DNA from: Octopus sinensis
Lineage: Eukaryota
Length of the DNA stretch: 64,000 bases
Assembly: GCF_006345805.1 (NCBI RefSeq)
Contig: NC_043010.1
Coordinates: 33,046,001 to 33,110,000 of the forward strand
Reading direction: 5' to 3'
Part shown: positions 1-14,101 of the stretch, piece by piece
How the letters are laid out: each line of letters opens with the position of its first letter
Numbering within the stretch: position 1 is the first letter of the stretch
Notes under the pieces: generated by a model
The model's input: only the letters and a program-made list of their open reading frames with translations
The model's database searches: none
What the model was told of the DNA's origin: nothing
Made by a program: the position numbers and the translations under genes

Positions 1-714
1 CTTTTACTGGAAATGATAATCTTCTATAGAATGAAAAAAACTGAGCCGACTTCAAAGGAATTTAACTTGGATATGTAATGTCTTTATCAATTTACACAGC
101 TGTGCAGCAGTGCAGCATGACATAGACGCCAGTTAGTTGCGAAAAAACTATCCAAATTTTCAATGGTGCAACGGTATTCAATGTCGACACAGAGATGGAT
201 GTATGTTAAGTTCTTTGTGTAAACACAAGGTTTTGATTTCTAGACTACTGAGTAATAACTTGGGCGAATGTTTTTTGTGTTGTTTTTTTTACCGTAATGG
301 CTGACTTGTGAGTAAAATTTGGTCCCCAGAAACTGTGTGGAAGCCGTCAGTAGAACCGTTTTTGTTCTTGAGTGGTGGACCTTATTCATTACCCAGTTTA
401 ACACTACCTCTTAGTCCTTTGGAGTCTTTACCGGAGTCTACTTTCTTTATCGTTTAGGAAATGAAGGGCAACATATACGGTCCTTTATGTTTTAGAGTGC
501 TCTAAGACTGGTGAAATGATAAAACAAAGTTATCTTCAAACCGGAGTCTTTGACCAAATTCTTGCAACAAAGTGAACTCCACTAAAGAGCAAGTGTTGAT
601 TTTAAATTAGATTAAAACTGATTAAGTCTGCCACCTCAAAATTTAGGAGACAAAGAACTAGAATAAGCATCACAATACATCTCGTCTAGTGATCTAACAA
701 TTCAGTCAGCCCAC

Positions 715-830
715 AACCTTTAACTGGTGCTTTAGTTTATCGACCCCCGAACGGATGAAAGACAAATTTGACTATGGTGAGATTTGAACTTAAAGCGCGA
801 TAACTAGAACAAATATTGCAATGCATTTAT
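715..830 (-). mobile_element. Degenerate fragment of tRNA-derived SINE family A
   Basis: Reverse complement matches the ...gagttcaaat...ctttcatcc...ggggtcgataaa...accagtt core of the full copies at 16615-16844 and 41866-42095. Confidence 0.6.
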
Positions 831-1540
831 TTTTTTTTTTAGCGTTCTAATGACTCTGCCTATTTATTCGGGCCGAATCTCTCCCTCCCCACTTGGGAGT
901 CTCTTTAAAAAGGGTCATAGGTGCTACCCCGTTTCTCTACTGACGAAGCCTTTAATAAAGAACAATAAACCACACCGAAGTCAACTTTTACTATTATCAT
1001 TAGTAATAGGTGGATATACTGAATAATATTTCTGGTTGGTGGCCATTGTGATGGAATCAGCTGAGGAGAATAAGCTCATGGGATTATATTTCTCTTTGAT
1101 TTCCATATCAATAAATCCTTATTAAATCGGTGCAGGAGGAATACGGCAAACACATGTCCAGGTCCGGGTGTTATTAATGCTGCACGTGTTCACGACTCTG
1201 TCAGCTCACTACCTTACGAGCTTATATAATATTGAACGTCTGTTCCAATATCATTAACCAGGGCTCAGCAACACTATTGAAAGGGAAGGGATCCGGCAAC
1301 GATTTGGAAAACGTGTTCTAGTGAGGAGTTTGGTGAGCGAGGTGCAGGAGTGTATACAAAAGTAGGATCGGTCGATGCATCGAGTGATGGACGAGGTGTG
1401 AGTGTTACACAGTTTATCAGGAGCAAATGCAACTGTTGTTGCAGTATAAGAAGTAGAGAGAAGAAACAGGATGTTTGTGGGCTTGTTATATAGCGTATCA
1501 GTAAGTGAATCTTTACAAATCAGTCGCGTGACTAAGAGTG

Positions 1541-1621
1541 GTTGTTGTTGCTGTTGTTTTTACTGATGTTGTTGTTGTTGTTGCTGCTGCTGCTGCTGTT
1601 GTTGTTGTTGTTGTTGTTGTC
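1541..1621. repeat. (GTT/GCT)n trinucleotide microsatellite
   Basis: Directly visible; produces the poly-Leu ORF 1542..1757. Confidence 0.9.
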
Positions 1622-1756
1622 TAGGATGTTTGTGTCTGTAGCAGCAGTTCTTGGCAAACATGTCGAGTCGGGATCATCACCACAGCAAAACTTAGTCAGA
1701 TTCCAGATGGCATGTATATTTCAAATTGCTAGGACGTTAAGTATAAATAAATATTA

Positions 1757-2123
1757 ACCATTATCACCATCACGATCACCATCATCATCATCATCATCAT
1801 AATCATCATCATCACCATCGTTACTATCACCACCACACCATCACCACCACAGAATCATCATCACTACCACCATCATCGTTACCGCCACTATCATCCTCAC
1901 CACCACCACCATTACTACTGTCGTCGACGTCGTCGTCATCATCACCATCATCATCATCACCATCATCATCATCACCATCATCATCACCACTATCATCATA
2001 ACCACTACGTCATCATTATAGTCATCAATTTTCCGTCATCATTATCAACGCTACTACAATATTCACCACCAGTATCATCATCCTCATTATCATCATCATT
2101 ATCATCATCATCATCATCATCAT
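1757..2123. repeat. Degenerate (CAT/CAC)n low-complexity tract
   Basis: Directly visible catcatcat/caccaccac array. Confidence 0.9.
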
Positions 2124-2759
2124 TTCAATTTTTAAACACGCTACACATACCATGTGGCTGTTTCCCCCTTCTATACTAAAATATTGTGCAACGTGTTTTT
2201 ATTACATTAAACATAGCTCAATCAACAAATTTTTGTCTCTTTGTTTTTTTAAATCTTGATCCACTTCTTTCGCAAACAAATTTGCAAATATTACAAAAGC
2301 ACAAAATAAAAAAAAACGCAGTACAGATAAATAGATACAAAACTTAGTAAAAATTTCTTCAGATTAAACAACGAAATCATTGAAAGAAAACATTGACAAA
2401 ATAAAAAATTACTAAATGCATTAATCCCTCGACTATCGTGGGTGTTACGTTCCAAAAACCTCACGATAGGTGAAAATTCGCGAAGTAGAAACAGTACCGT
2501 GCTATATATATATATTTTTTTTATTATTCTTAAAATTTGTATATATTATTTTCATAATTTGACAACGGTGGTGCCCCAGCATGGCCGCAGCCTTCGGGCT
2601 GAAACATTTTTAAGGATTTTAAGGATTTATATATTTATTTCATTATAAATGCAAAACAACACCACGGAGGAATTGACGTAAGCTCAAATAATAAACCGCG
2701 ATAGGAGAACCGTGAGAGGTAAACCGCGATATGGCGAGGGATTACTGTATATTATTCAT

Positions 2760-3075
2760 AAGCACAGTCACCGACACTTCGTTGACGACGAGGGTTCCTA
2801 TTGATCCGATCAAAGTAACAGCCTGCTCATGAAATTAACGTGGAGGCAGCTGAGCACTCCGCAGACACGCGCACCCTTAATGTAGTTCTTGGGGAGATTC
2901 AACGTGACACAAAATGCCACAAAGTTGGCTCTTTGAAATGTAGGCACGACTAATTTTGCCAACCAATTGGACTGGAGCAACGTGAATTATCTTGATCAAG
3001 TATCTTGATCAAGGACACAACACGCCGCCCCGGAATCGAACTCACTGCCTTACGATTGTGAGTCGAATACCACGG
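2760..3075 (-). mobile_element. tRNA-derived SINE with CORE-like central domain (family C)
   Basis: Minus strand has a B-box (gagttcgattcc), then tgtgtccttgatcaag...ttcacgttgctccagt, shared with the + copy at 32367-32692. Confidence 0.7.
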
Positions 3076-3719
3076 GCCTTCAATTACGCACAAACACACA
3101 CATATGGAGAAAGAGAGAAATAAATTAAGAAAATAAAGAGTGGGAGGATTAAGGTGTTCCTTCATTCAGGTGCGTTTTCTGAGCACGTAACAACAATTCT
3201 GATGTTCTTATAGTAAGTAGTTCCAGAGAAATCGACGGATGGAAATTTCAGTGTGTGGGTGCGCGCGCGCGTGCGTGCGCGTGTGTTGTATGTATATGTA
3301 TGTGTGTATGTGTGCGTACGTTCGTGTAAATATGTATGTACGTACGCACTCACACATTAGCGTATGTATGAATGTACGTACGCATTCATACATTAGCGTA
3401 TCTGTGTTGATATGATAGCAGTCGATATATACGTTTGTGAAGGTGTTTTAATGTGCTTCTCATTAAATGACCTAATAGCTTTTTACTTGGTTCCTGTGTT
3501 GATGCGTATATAATGTGTATAGAATGTATCATCGACTTCCTTCACATCTTATTTACATCACACCATACTTTCTAAAACTGCCTCGACTTCATCTTCTGGT
3601 GCACATATCCTTAAAATATAAATTCAAGTAGAAAATGCATTACGACCAATTTTTTTTTTTAGAGGAGTGTAGGTTGATTTACTTTTAAAAAATAACATAT
3701 AAAGACATAGTGTGTGCAT

Positions 3720-4628
<909 letters not shown>

Positions 4629-5034
4629 AAGTTCCTTAAGGTCAGTCTGCGTATTTACTGATCCACTGCCGAGCGAGAGGCCTTCCCTTAAAAGGTCCAA
4701 CTTCATTTTCGCTGTTACAAACAGAGTTCTTCGGAAACTCATGTCTCTCATAAACTGTCTCTGATAAAGTGCTTAACAACATTTTTTCGGTTTTACGTTC
4801 TAAGTTCAAATGCCGCTGAGGTCGACTTTGCTTTTCATCATTTCGTGGTCGATATAATATGTACCAGTTGAAATTATACGACAATTAAAAAAACTTTAAA
4901 TTTCTAGAACCTGCAATGCATCCCCATTCACTCCATACTGGCATGATTTAGCGCCTCCTCCTTTAGAAACATGCCCCAGCTTAAAATCAGAGTCGTGTGT
5001 GTGTGTGCGCGGCGTGTGTGTGTTTGCATGTATG

Positions 5035-5068
<34 letters not shown>

Positions 5069-5088
5069 TATATATATATATTATATAT

Positions 5089-5126
<38 letters not shown>

Positions 5127-5127
<1 letters not shown>

Positions 5128-6303
5128 CTTTATATATATAAAACTGAGAATGTGTGTATGTCTGTCTTCTGTCTGTCTGTCTGTGTGTTTCCCTAAAACT
5201 TGAGAACTACACAACCAATTTCATTCAAATTTTACACATGTCTTACTTAGGGTCCGGGGAGTGTCATCGGCAAAAAAAATGTTCAACTTTTTGCCTAGGG
5301 TGAGCCCACAGCAATATCATATCTTCTCCTCTACGATTCCCTAAAACTTGAGAACTACACAACCAATTCCATTCAAATTTTATACATGCTTTACTTAGGG
5401 TCCATGTAGTTTCATGGGCAAAAAAATGTTCAACTTCTTGTCTAGAGCGAGCCTATAGCAATATCATATCTTCTCCACTATTTCAGTATTACGTGTTAAA
5501 AGTGAAACAAAAACGTTTCTCTATTTTATGTCAGATACTCTCACTTTAACAATAAAAATAATAATAACAATTGAATTATATGTAGTAAGTAATAATTAGA
5601 ATCAAACTAAAGTATAATATAATCGTAACATAACAAAAGTAAAAATAGCAATTGGTATAAAATTACATCAATGACTTGAACTTGAATAAGTGGTTTCACA
5701 TGAATGGGAATAAATTGAAAATAAAATTAGCGTGCAGAAATGGAATAGTCCAGATGGATAATAAAAAATTAAATTAAAGAAAAGACTATTGTCTATAAAG
5801 TATACAATGTAGAGAAAAAAGAAGATTTGAACACATGGAGGAAAGCACCTTCGAAAAGTGTCTTGGTACGACTATGAAAGGTATCTAATCAGAGGCGGTA
5901 AATTCGCCACAATAGAAGCAAGGTTCGAGTCAACGGAGCGTGCAAGGGAGTACTCGACTCGAACTTTCAAAGTGGAAATATTTTATTTTTACCTTTATAT
6001 CTGGGACGTAGGACGTCCCGGAAAAAAATAAAAATTAACCCCCCCCCCCCCCCCGAAGTAGAGGTAGGCCGGATTGTAGCCACAATTCTATACAAGAGGG
6101 AGGACAAGATACAATTGATCGAAATTGCAAGAGACGGGCTTACGTATTGTTATCACTAGCGATATCAAGATATAACTTTGTATTTTGTATTTTATGTGTA
6201 GATGTATATATATATAGATATACATGTAATATGTACACATATATATACACATATATACATGCACTAGCACTATGACCCGGCAACGACGGGTCTTTAATGC
6301 TAG
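5127..6303 (+). mobile_element. Non-autonomous Helitron, copy 1 (~1.18 kb)
   Basis: Starts TC(TTTATATATATAAAA) after A at 5126 and ends CTAG (6300-6303) before T. Subterminal hairpin GACCCG-gcaacga-CGGGTC at 6274-6292; no TSD; internal ~150-bp tandem duplication; second copy at 37275-38464. Confidence 0.88.
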
Positions 6304-7002
6304 TATATATATACGCGCATGTGTGGTGTGTGTACAACGAACATCTATTTCTTTATAGCATACTGCGGTCACGCAGTGATGCGCATTGAAGATTTTATTT
6401 AATCAATTGTATTGAGTCAAGTTATTTGTCTAATATTCGTATAATCGATCTCTATTTAACGAATCGTTGAAATCTCCGAATTATTAAGGATAAAATTGAA
6501 TTTAAATTATCACAACTAATAGAAAAAAGTTTCGTGCTCTCTGTTGGTCAGGGTCTGACCTGTTCTATGGCTACCATCTTTTTACAACTGGTTAAATTGT
6601 TTTCTTTTTTATCTTTATTTTCTCTGTTCGTGTTTTTTCTGTTATAACATTTTTGTTTCTTTTATAAGAGATATCCACTAGTATGTTAATGTATTAACAC
6701 ATTTTCCTTCGTGCTGTTTATGAAATTCTAAACCTTTAATGCGATGCCGTGCTATTTGAATTGCTATGGGAATGTTATACATGACGTTGGTAGTTGTAGA
6801 GGTGGTTGTAGTCAACGGTAGTCTGTAATCTCAACCCAACCGTAAAAATAATTATCCTATGATGTTATCGGAGACGTGTTATTTTAGAGAAAAAAAAACT
6901 AATTCTAGAAATTGTAGCATTCGAAGATTTGTAGTGATTATTGAAGCAGCGATAATCAAATAAACAATAAGTCTTTAAGATTTTCTCCTTTTTTTAGTTC
7001 TT

Positions 7003-7034
7003 TACTACTACTACTACTACTAATAATAATAATG

Positions 7035-7088
<54 letters not shown>
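7003..7088. repeat. (TAC)n/(TAA)n microsatellite at the 5' flank of the R4/Dong LINE
   Basis: Directly visible. Confidence 0.9.
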
Positions 7089-7090
<2 letters not shown>

Positions 7091-7644
7091 CAAAGAAAAC
7101 CAAACCTGGGAAGAAATCAAACCTGGAGAAGTAAAATTGAAAAAGAGATTGAATTTATGAGAGGGGAAATATCAATATTAAATGAACTAATATGTGGAAA
7201 TGATGTAAGATCCAGAACAGGAAGAAAAATGAAGAGAAAATTTGGATCCTCACCAAGAGAAGAACTGATATTAATAAAAGAAACGCTGAAACAAAAACTC
7301 CAAGCAAAAGCCCAAAGAATACGAAGATTTGAGAAGAGAAACAAGTTTTACAAGCAAAATAAGCTGTTCACATCCAATGCCAAAAAATTCTACAGAGAAA
7401 TAGGGAAGGAGAAAGTAACCGTTAAAGACCCCCCTCCCATGGAAGAAGTTCAAAACTTTTGGAACAGGATTTGGAGTGACAAGAAGACGTATAACATAAA
7501 TGCAGACTGGATTATACAAACAGAAGGATCCTACCAAAATTTACAACAACAAGCATGGGAAGACATCACAATAGCAGACCTAAGAAAGGCACTCACGAAG
7601 GCCCATAATCGGAAATCCCCCGGTAAATAATAATGATGATGATG

Positions 7645-7685
<41 letters not shown>

Positions 7686-10312
7686 TAATAATAATAATAA
7701 TAATAATAAAGACCCCCCTTCCCATGGAAGAAGTCCAAAACTTTTGGAAAAGGATTTGGAGTGACGAGAAGACGTACAACATAAATGCAGACTGGATTAT
7801 ACAAACAGAAGTATCCTACCAAAATTTACAACAAGCATGGGAAGACATCACAATAGCAGACCTAAGAAAGGCACTCACGAAGGCCCATAATTGGAAATCC
7901 CCCGGTAAAGATAGGGTGCCGAATTTCTGGCTCGCATCGCTCCCATGCGCACACGGTAAGCTAGTTCAGCTGCTCAATGGAATTATGAGAGACTCAAAGA
8001 AAACACCTGAATGGTTAGCAAGTGGTATTACTTACCTACTCCCTAAGAATAACGAAACCAAACTTCCAAAAAACTATCGGCCTATAACCTGTTTATCCAC
8101 CACGTATAAAATCCTAACATCTATCCTGGCGGAGAAAACATATGCATTCATGGAGAAGAACGATATTTTCCCCATTGAACAAAAAGGGTGCCGCCGTGGC
8201 TCATACAGATGCAAAGATCAACTGCTAATTAATCATATGATCCTTGAAACTGTCACAACAAGCGCAGAAATCTCAGCTCCGCATGGATTGACTATAAGAA
8301 TGCCTTCGACAGTATACCACATCCATGGATCTTGAGATCGCTGGACATCTTCAAAATTTCCCCTGTGATTTCAAGCTTCCTGAAGCACAATATGTCGTTG
8401 TGGAATACGAATCTCCAATTATACCACTCTAATAGAGTACTTGCCTCAGAAAATATAAACATCAACTGTGGAATTTTTCAAGGTGACTCACTTTCACCTT
8501 TAATATTCTGCATAGCCCTAATACCCCTTACAAGTGAATTAAACAGAACAAGGTATGGGTATAAAATTGCCAATAAAAAAATAAGCCATCTATTTTATAT
8601 GGATGACTTAAAATTCTATGGTAAAGACGATAATGAACTTGAAGGCCTATTGCGCACTGTGAAAGCATTCAGCGATGACATCGGGATGGATTTTGGGCTT
8701 GAGAAGTGTGCCAAGGCCACTTTCAAGAAAGGGAAAGTGAAGACCACAAATTCAGTCGTGTTAGATGTTGACACAGTCATAAGAGAGCTTGAGCAAGAAC
8801 AAACCTACAAATATTTAGGGATAAATGAAGGCTCTGGTATTCAGCATGCAAGCATGAAAGAGAAGATCAGGAAGGAATGTTATAGGAGAGTTCGAGCAGT
8901 CCTGAAATCTGAACTAAATGCACGTAATAAGGTGTTAGCTATAAATTCCTTACCAGTTCCAGTTGTTACTTATAGCTACAATGTGTTGAACTGGAATATG
9001 AGTGAAGTAAAGAATATAGATAGGAAAATACGCAAGCTGCTGAGTTGTAATAGGATGCACCACCCAAAGGCAGACGTAGATCGCCTTTACTTCCCCAGAG
9101 CCCAAGGAGGTCAAGGCCTGATCCAATTTGAACTAGCTTACAAAACAACCACTATTGGACTGGCCAAATATCTCGAAATAACGAATGACTGGATGCTAAA
9201 GCTCGTGGAAAATCACGAGAGACGAAAGAAGCTTCATTCTATCATAAAGGAAAGCAAAAAATTTGCTATTGATCTCGTGCAGGATACCCAAACTGAACAA
9301 CCCGAGGGAAGTACGGCAACTATTGTTGCAAAGAAGGTGAAAATAATGGCAAAGAAAAAAGCGCACGAGGCTGATAGGTGGGAGGAGAAACCCTGCACGG
9401 CAAATATGTGGCCCGCAGCAAACAAGCTGATGTTGACCAGAAGCAAACCCATCAGTGACTACGGAGCTCAGGGCTAAATGCAGAGAGCGAAGGTTTTATC
9501 CTGGCAGCTCAAGATCAAAGCCTATTAACCCGGAACTACCAGGCCAATGTGATGAAAAATGGAGCAGACTCAAAATGCCGATTCTGCAACGACATGATTG
9601 AAACAGTGGACCACCTAATCTCTGGATGTAAAGTCTTAGCACCAGTGGAGTATAAATTAAGACATGACTGAGTTGGCCAATATCTACACTGGCTAATAAG
9701 TCGGCATTACAATATCAAAGCTGCCGACAAGTGGTATAATCACCACCCTGAAGCTGTAACTGAAGGAGAAAATGTAACGATTTTGTGCGACACTCCAGTA
9801 CATACAGACCGAACCATCAAAGCCAATAAACCAGATATTGTTGTGAAAGACCAAAACAATAAAGTTTGCTTATTGATCGACATGAGCATCCCCTGTGATC
9901 ATAAAATCTCGGTGAAAGAATTTGACAAGCTCCGAAAATATAAAGACCTGCTCATTGAAATTGAGAAAATGTGGCATCTCAAGGCGGTTACAATACCAGT
10001 GATCGTAGGAGCACTAGGAATGATCAAGAAGGGAACCGAAAATTATATGAGAATGATCCCTGGATTACCATCACTGCAAGAAGTGCAAAAGATTGTCTTA
10101 ACTGGTACATCACACGTATTGAGAAGAGCATTGTCGATGTGAGAACTATTACCACCCATGTATTTTAATTTAACTTTAAAAAAAAATGAACGAACTAGTG
10201 AGTTTAGTTTAATGGCCTAGCAATGTATACTATGAGTTTCTTTGCCCTAGGAGTCGGGAAGACACTCGGCAAGAAATAGAAGCAAATTTGAAAGAAGAAA
10301 AAAAAAGGAAGA
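7089..10312 (+). mobile_element. R4/Dong-clade non-LTR retrotransposon (RT + CCHC + RLE), 5'-truncated and inactivated
   Basis: RT motifs NYRPITCL, AWIDYKNAFDS (after a frameshift near 8248), QGDSLSP, YMDDLKFY, YKYLG. Zinc knuckle CRFCNDMIETVDHLISGC; RLE motif NKPDIVVKD...LIDMSIPCD...VGALG; stop at 10142. (TAA)n tracts at both ends and at 7628-7708; frameshifts and in-frame stops present. Confidence 0.92.
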
Positions 10313-10323
10313 AAAATAATAAC

Positions 10324-10388
<65 letters not shown>

Positions 10389-10403
10389 TAATAATAATAA
10401 TAA
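10313..10403. repeat. (TAA)n microsatellite at the 3' flank of the R4/Dong LINE
   Basis: Directly visible; gives the poly-Asn ORF 10288..10482. Confidence 0.9.
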
Positions 10404-10559
10404 TAGAGTCAAAATTAAAAGAAGAGTGTCATTGTTATCTAGTGAACGATATTTCGACATCTTGTGTGTCTTCAAAAAATAAATTTGTCAAGAAAGGTAT
10501 GTATAAATAACTTTCTTTGGCGCACACACACACACACATACTTAAAGTTCTGTATGAAT

Positions 10560-10611
<52 letters not shown>

Positions 10612-11381
10612 CTGTGCGGTAAATTACAGCCCAAATCCAATGGAAACTACCTTTTTCCCATTCTGTCATTCCTGTTTGTGATGTGTGTATTTAAAAACCT
10701 GATCTTTCATTTAAACTCACAAGGAAGTTATCTCGCAAATCCTGTCCTTTACCTGTTGTTTCTTTTCTCAATTTACATTCCTATGTTTTCCATACAGGAG
10801 ATTTGTATTTTGCCTGAAAGCCGATAGCTGATGGGTAGCCGAGTATTTCTTTAAAAAAAATTTAAATTTTCAAAAACAAATTATATTTTCCACCTTTGTA
10901 ATCTCTGTATTTTTCCATGTCGATAATAAACAAAATTCGAAAATTAGTTAAAAATTAGGAAATTTCGGTCGGGAGGGGAGAAATTATAATTTTGAAAACG
11001 TGATTTCTGGGCAAAATCATATTAACTCCTCTTTAGTCTATGAAACAGTATATAGTTTGTGATTCATCTTAAGAATATAAACAAATTTCATGCAAATTTT
11101 AATCCCAGCCACTTCACTTCTGAACAAACAATAATTTCCATTATTATTGTAATCCACTCTACTATATATCAGCTAACAGAATGCATTATGCTTATCAACA
11201 CAGAACATACCCAAATCATTTAGAGTTTACCGCTTCTTCTCATAATAACGGTATACATATTGACATATGAATTTTTCCTCATCTCTTCATTCGTTACTAA
11301 AAAGTGAAATTATTCAATGCACACATTCAAACTGCTATGTCTTCCATCTTATATATTACTTAATCGTTCGCTCTTTTCAGC

Positions 11382-12580
11382 CATGCCACCAAAACGAAGA
11401 CATTGTAATTTATCTCCACAAACAAGGGCCGCAAAGAAAACTGCCTCTATTCGTGCTCAAGAAAACTCACTTCAGCGATGCCCAAATGTACAATATTTCA
11501 AAATGAACACCGACGGCAGAAGTTCTGCTCCAAACTACACTTATTGTCTCGGATGAATGCACGATGGCACACTGTCGTGCATTAGAAGCCCTAGATAGGT
11601 CATTAACGGATATTAGAAACAATACTATTATAGGGGTAAGCATAACTGTTGTCCTTGCAGGGGCTTTCCGTCAAATATTACCAGTCATACCACGGGGTTC
11701 GGGAGCTAATGAGATCTATGCGTATCTGAAGTCTTCACCTCTGTGGAGGTTTGTTCGTCAGCTTTCATTAAGCAAGAATATGCGAGCTCACCTCTACAAT
11801 GATCTGTTAGCTGAGGAATTCTCTCATCAACTACAACTAGAAATGGCGCCTTACCGTTGTACTGCAATGTACTGCAATGTGGGAACAGGGTGTCTACAAT
11901 GGCCGCGCTTAAAGTAAAGTTATTTCCCACATTGCACGACAACTTTAAAACATAGCACGGTTTGCAGAGAGAGCTATTTTAGCACCTTGGAATGAAAGCG
12001 TTGATAAAGTAAACCATGAATTCCTCCACATTCTACCTGGAAATGCTTCAAAGTTTATCTCCATTGATACTACCATCGACGAACATGCCGCTCTTCAGTA
12101 TCCAGTTGAATTTCTCAACTCTCTACAACCCACAAGACGGCCACTTCATAAGTTGTTCTTAAAGAAAGGTGCACCTATCATGCTCTTGAGAAATTTGGGC
12201 CCACCACGACTATGCAATGGTTTCAAGATTGACTGTAACTACAATAACAAGTCATGTCCTAAAAGCAACCATTATTGATGGCTTCCATCGAGGAGAGATA
12301 GCATACATTCCACGCATGCCACTTATTCCCTTAAATGTACTATTTCATTTCAAGCGTCTCCAGTTCCCAGTGCGATTGTGCTTCGCTTTGACAATCAACA
12401 AAGCCCAGGGTGAAACTTTAAAAATTGTCGGTCTCAATTTACAGCTACCCTGCTTTTCTCAGGGACAACTATATGTCGCATGCTCTCGAGTTAGCAGTGC
12501 AGAGGACTTGTATATTTATTCTACCAACACTGGGCTTACGCAAAACATAGTTTACCCAGGAGCATTGTCGGCTTCACTTA
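11382..12580 (+). pseudogene. Internally deleted, frameshifted Helitron RepHel gene (PIF1-family helicase)
   Basis: IVSDECTMAHCRALEALDRSL, LAGAFRQILPVIPRG, NMRAH, ERAILAPWN, YPVEFLNSL...GAPIMLLRNLGPPRLCNG, FKRLQFPVRLCFALTINKAQGETL...FSQGQLYVACSRV...TQNIVYP. Preceded by a basic MPPKRR... segment resembling Helitron N-termini. Confidence 0.9.
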
Positions 12581-12676
12581 ACATATGTTGAAGTGTGCAG
12601 TCTGCCCAAACATTAGAGATGGTTCTTTTCACAATGAAGGAGCTTTCTTCTCTCCATGTACCTTATTTTCTTAATT

Positions 12677-13081
12677 TTTTTATTGCCCACAAGGGGCTAA
12701 ACATAGAGGCAACAAACAATGACAAAGGGATTAAGTCGATTACATCAACCCCAGTGCGTAAGTGGTACTTAATTTATCGACCCCGAGAGGTTGAAAGGTA
12801 AAGTCAACCTCGGCGGAATTTAAACTCAGAACGTAACGACAGACAAAATACATGTTTCTTTTATTACCCACAAGGGGCTAAACACAGAGAGGACAAACAA
12901 GGACAGACAAACGGATTAAGTCGATTACATCGACCCCAGTGCGTACTGATACTTAATTTATCGACCCCGAAAGGATGAAAAGCAAAGTCGACTTCGGCAG
13001 AATTTGAACTCAGAACGTAACGGCAAACGAAATACCGCTAAGCATTTCGTCCGGCGTGCTAACGATTCTGCCAGCTCGCCA
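12677..13081 (-). mobile_element. Two tandem copies of SINE family A (partial 12677-12851; full 12855-13081)
   Basis: Reverse complement of ggcgagctggcagaa...gagttcaaattc...cccttgtgggtaataaagaaa. Confidence 0.85.
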
Positions 13082-13366
13082 TATACCTTACTTTCTGCAA
13101 TACGGATACCTCTTCGTCCTCATATGTCATCCAATTCTTTACATTTTGGGGGAAATGTTAGGATTTCATTCTAATCTAAGCTGCCATTCTACATGTTTTT
13201 TGTGTCAACAATTTCAGCATTGTTCATCACAAAATGACCGAAAAACATGTTTATAAACAAGAGTTGTTTGCTTTACACTCCTCCTGTGCCGATTCTGCCC
13301 ACAAGAAAGAAACAAATAATACAATATGGCTGTAGGTCATAACACCCGGGCAACGCCGAGATGCAT

Positions 13367-13418
<52 letters not shown>

Positions 13419-13755
13419 TGTGTAATACAAATAGTAGATACGGAAGATAGAATATATTGGAAACCTCATTTATCACAACGTTCGTTTTGCCACATCCTGC
13501 ATCGCTCTCTCGCAGGTGGGAAACTATACAATGAATTTCGGTGCATCTCACAGTGCAGAAGCATCTCATCAAGTGATGTATTACAGTTTCTCGTTACATA
13601 AGTAATGTTTCGCACTTAAGATCAACTAGAGCATGTTGATAGTTGTCGTGGCAAAATTACATAGAGCAGGAATGGCAAAGAACAAATTAAGTTGCGAAGC
13701 TGTGGATACAAACAGGAAGTAATTACCCATCTTTGCTAGCGTGACGCTATATACT

Positions 13756-13800
<45 letters not shown>

Positions 13801-13822
13801 TATATATATAATATATATATAT

Positions 13823-14101
13823 ATAGTATTACATACATATAAGAGGGGTTACCACTATGTGGACACCCTAATGCTAGAAGTAGATCCGTTATGGTCTTAC
13901 CACTAAGAAATGTTCTCTAGAAAATTTAGCAAACACCAGAAACGTTAGCGAGCAAGACAAATGAAAAGTAACAAAAATATAGATTAATCATAAACAATGT
14001 TTCACTATTAACATTTCTTAGTGGTAGGACCATAGCGGATCTACTTCTAGCATTAGGATGTCCACATTGTAGTAATCCCTCTTATATGTATGTAATACTA
14101 T
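13823..14101. repeat. Inverted repeat, ~92-bp arms (13823-13914 / 14010-14101)
   Basis: atagtattacatacatataagagggg...ccactaagaaatgtt mirrored by aacatttcttagtgg...cctcttatatgtatgtaatactat with few mismatches. Confidence 0.88.

Noticed and set aside
930-965. CTGACGAAGCC possible hammerhead start
   Set aside because: No closing stem II or GAAAC
7157-10142. R4/Dong ORFs as an active retrotransposon or domesticated gene
   Set aside because: At least two frameshifts, in-frame stops and 5' truncation
10230-10482. Poly-Asn and poly-Leu ORFs
   Set aside because: (TAA)n microsatellite at the LINE 3' flank
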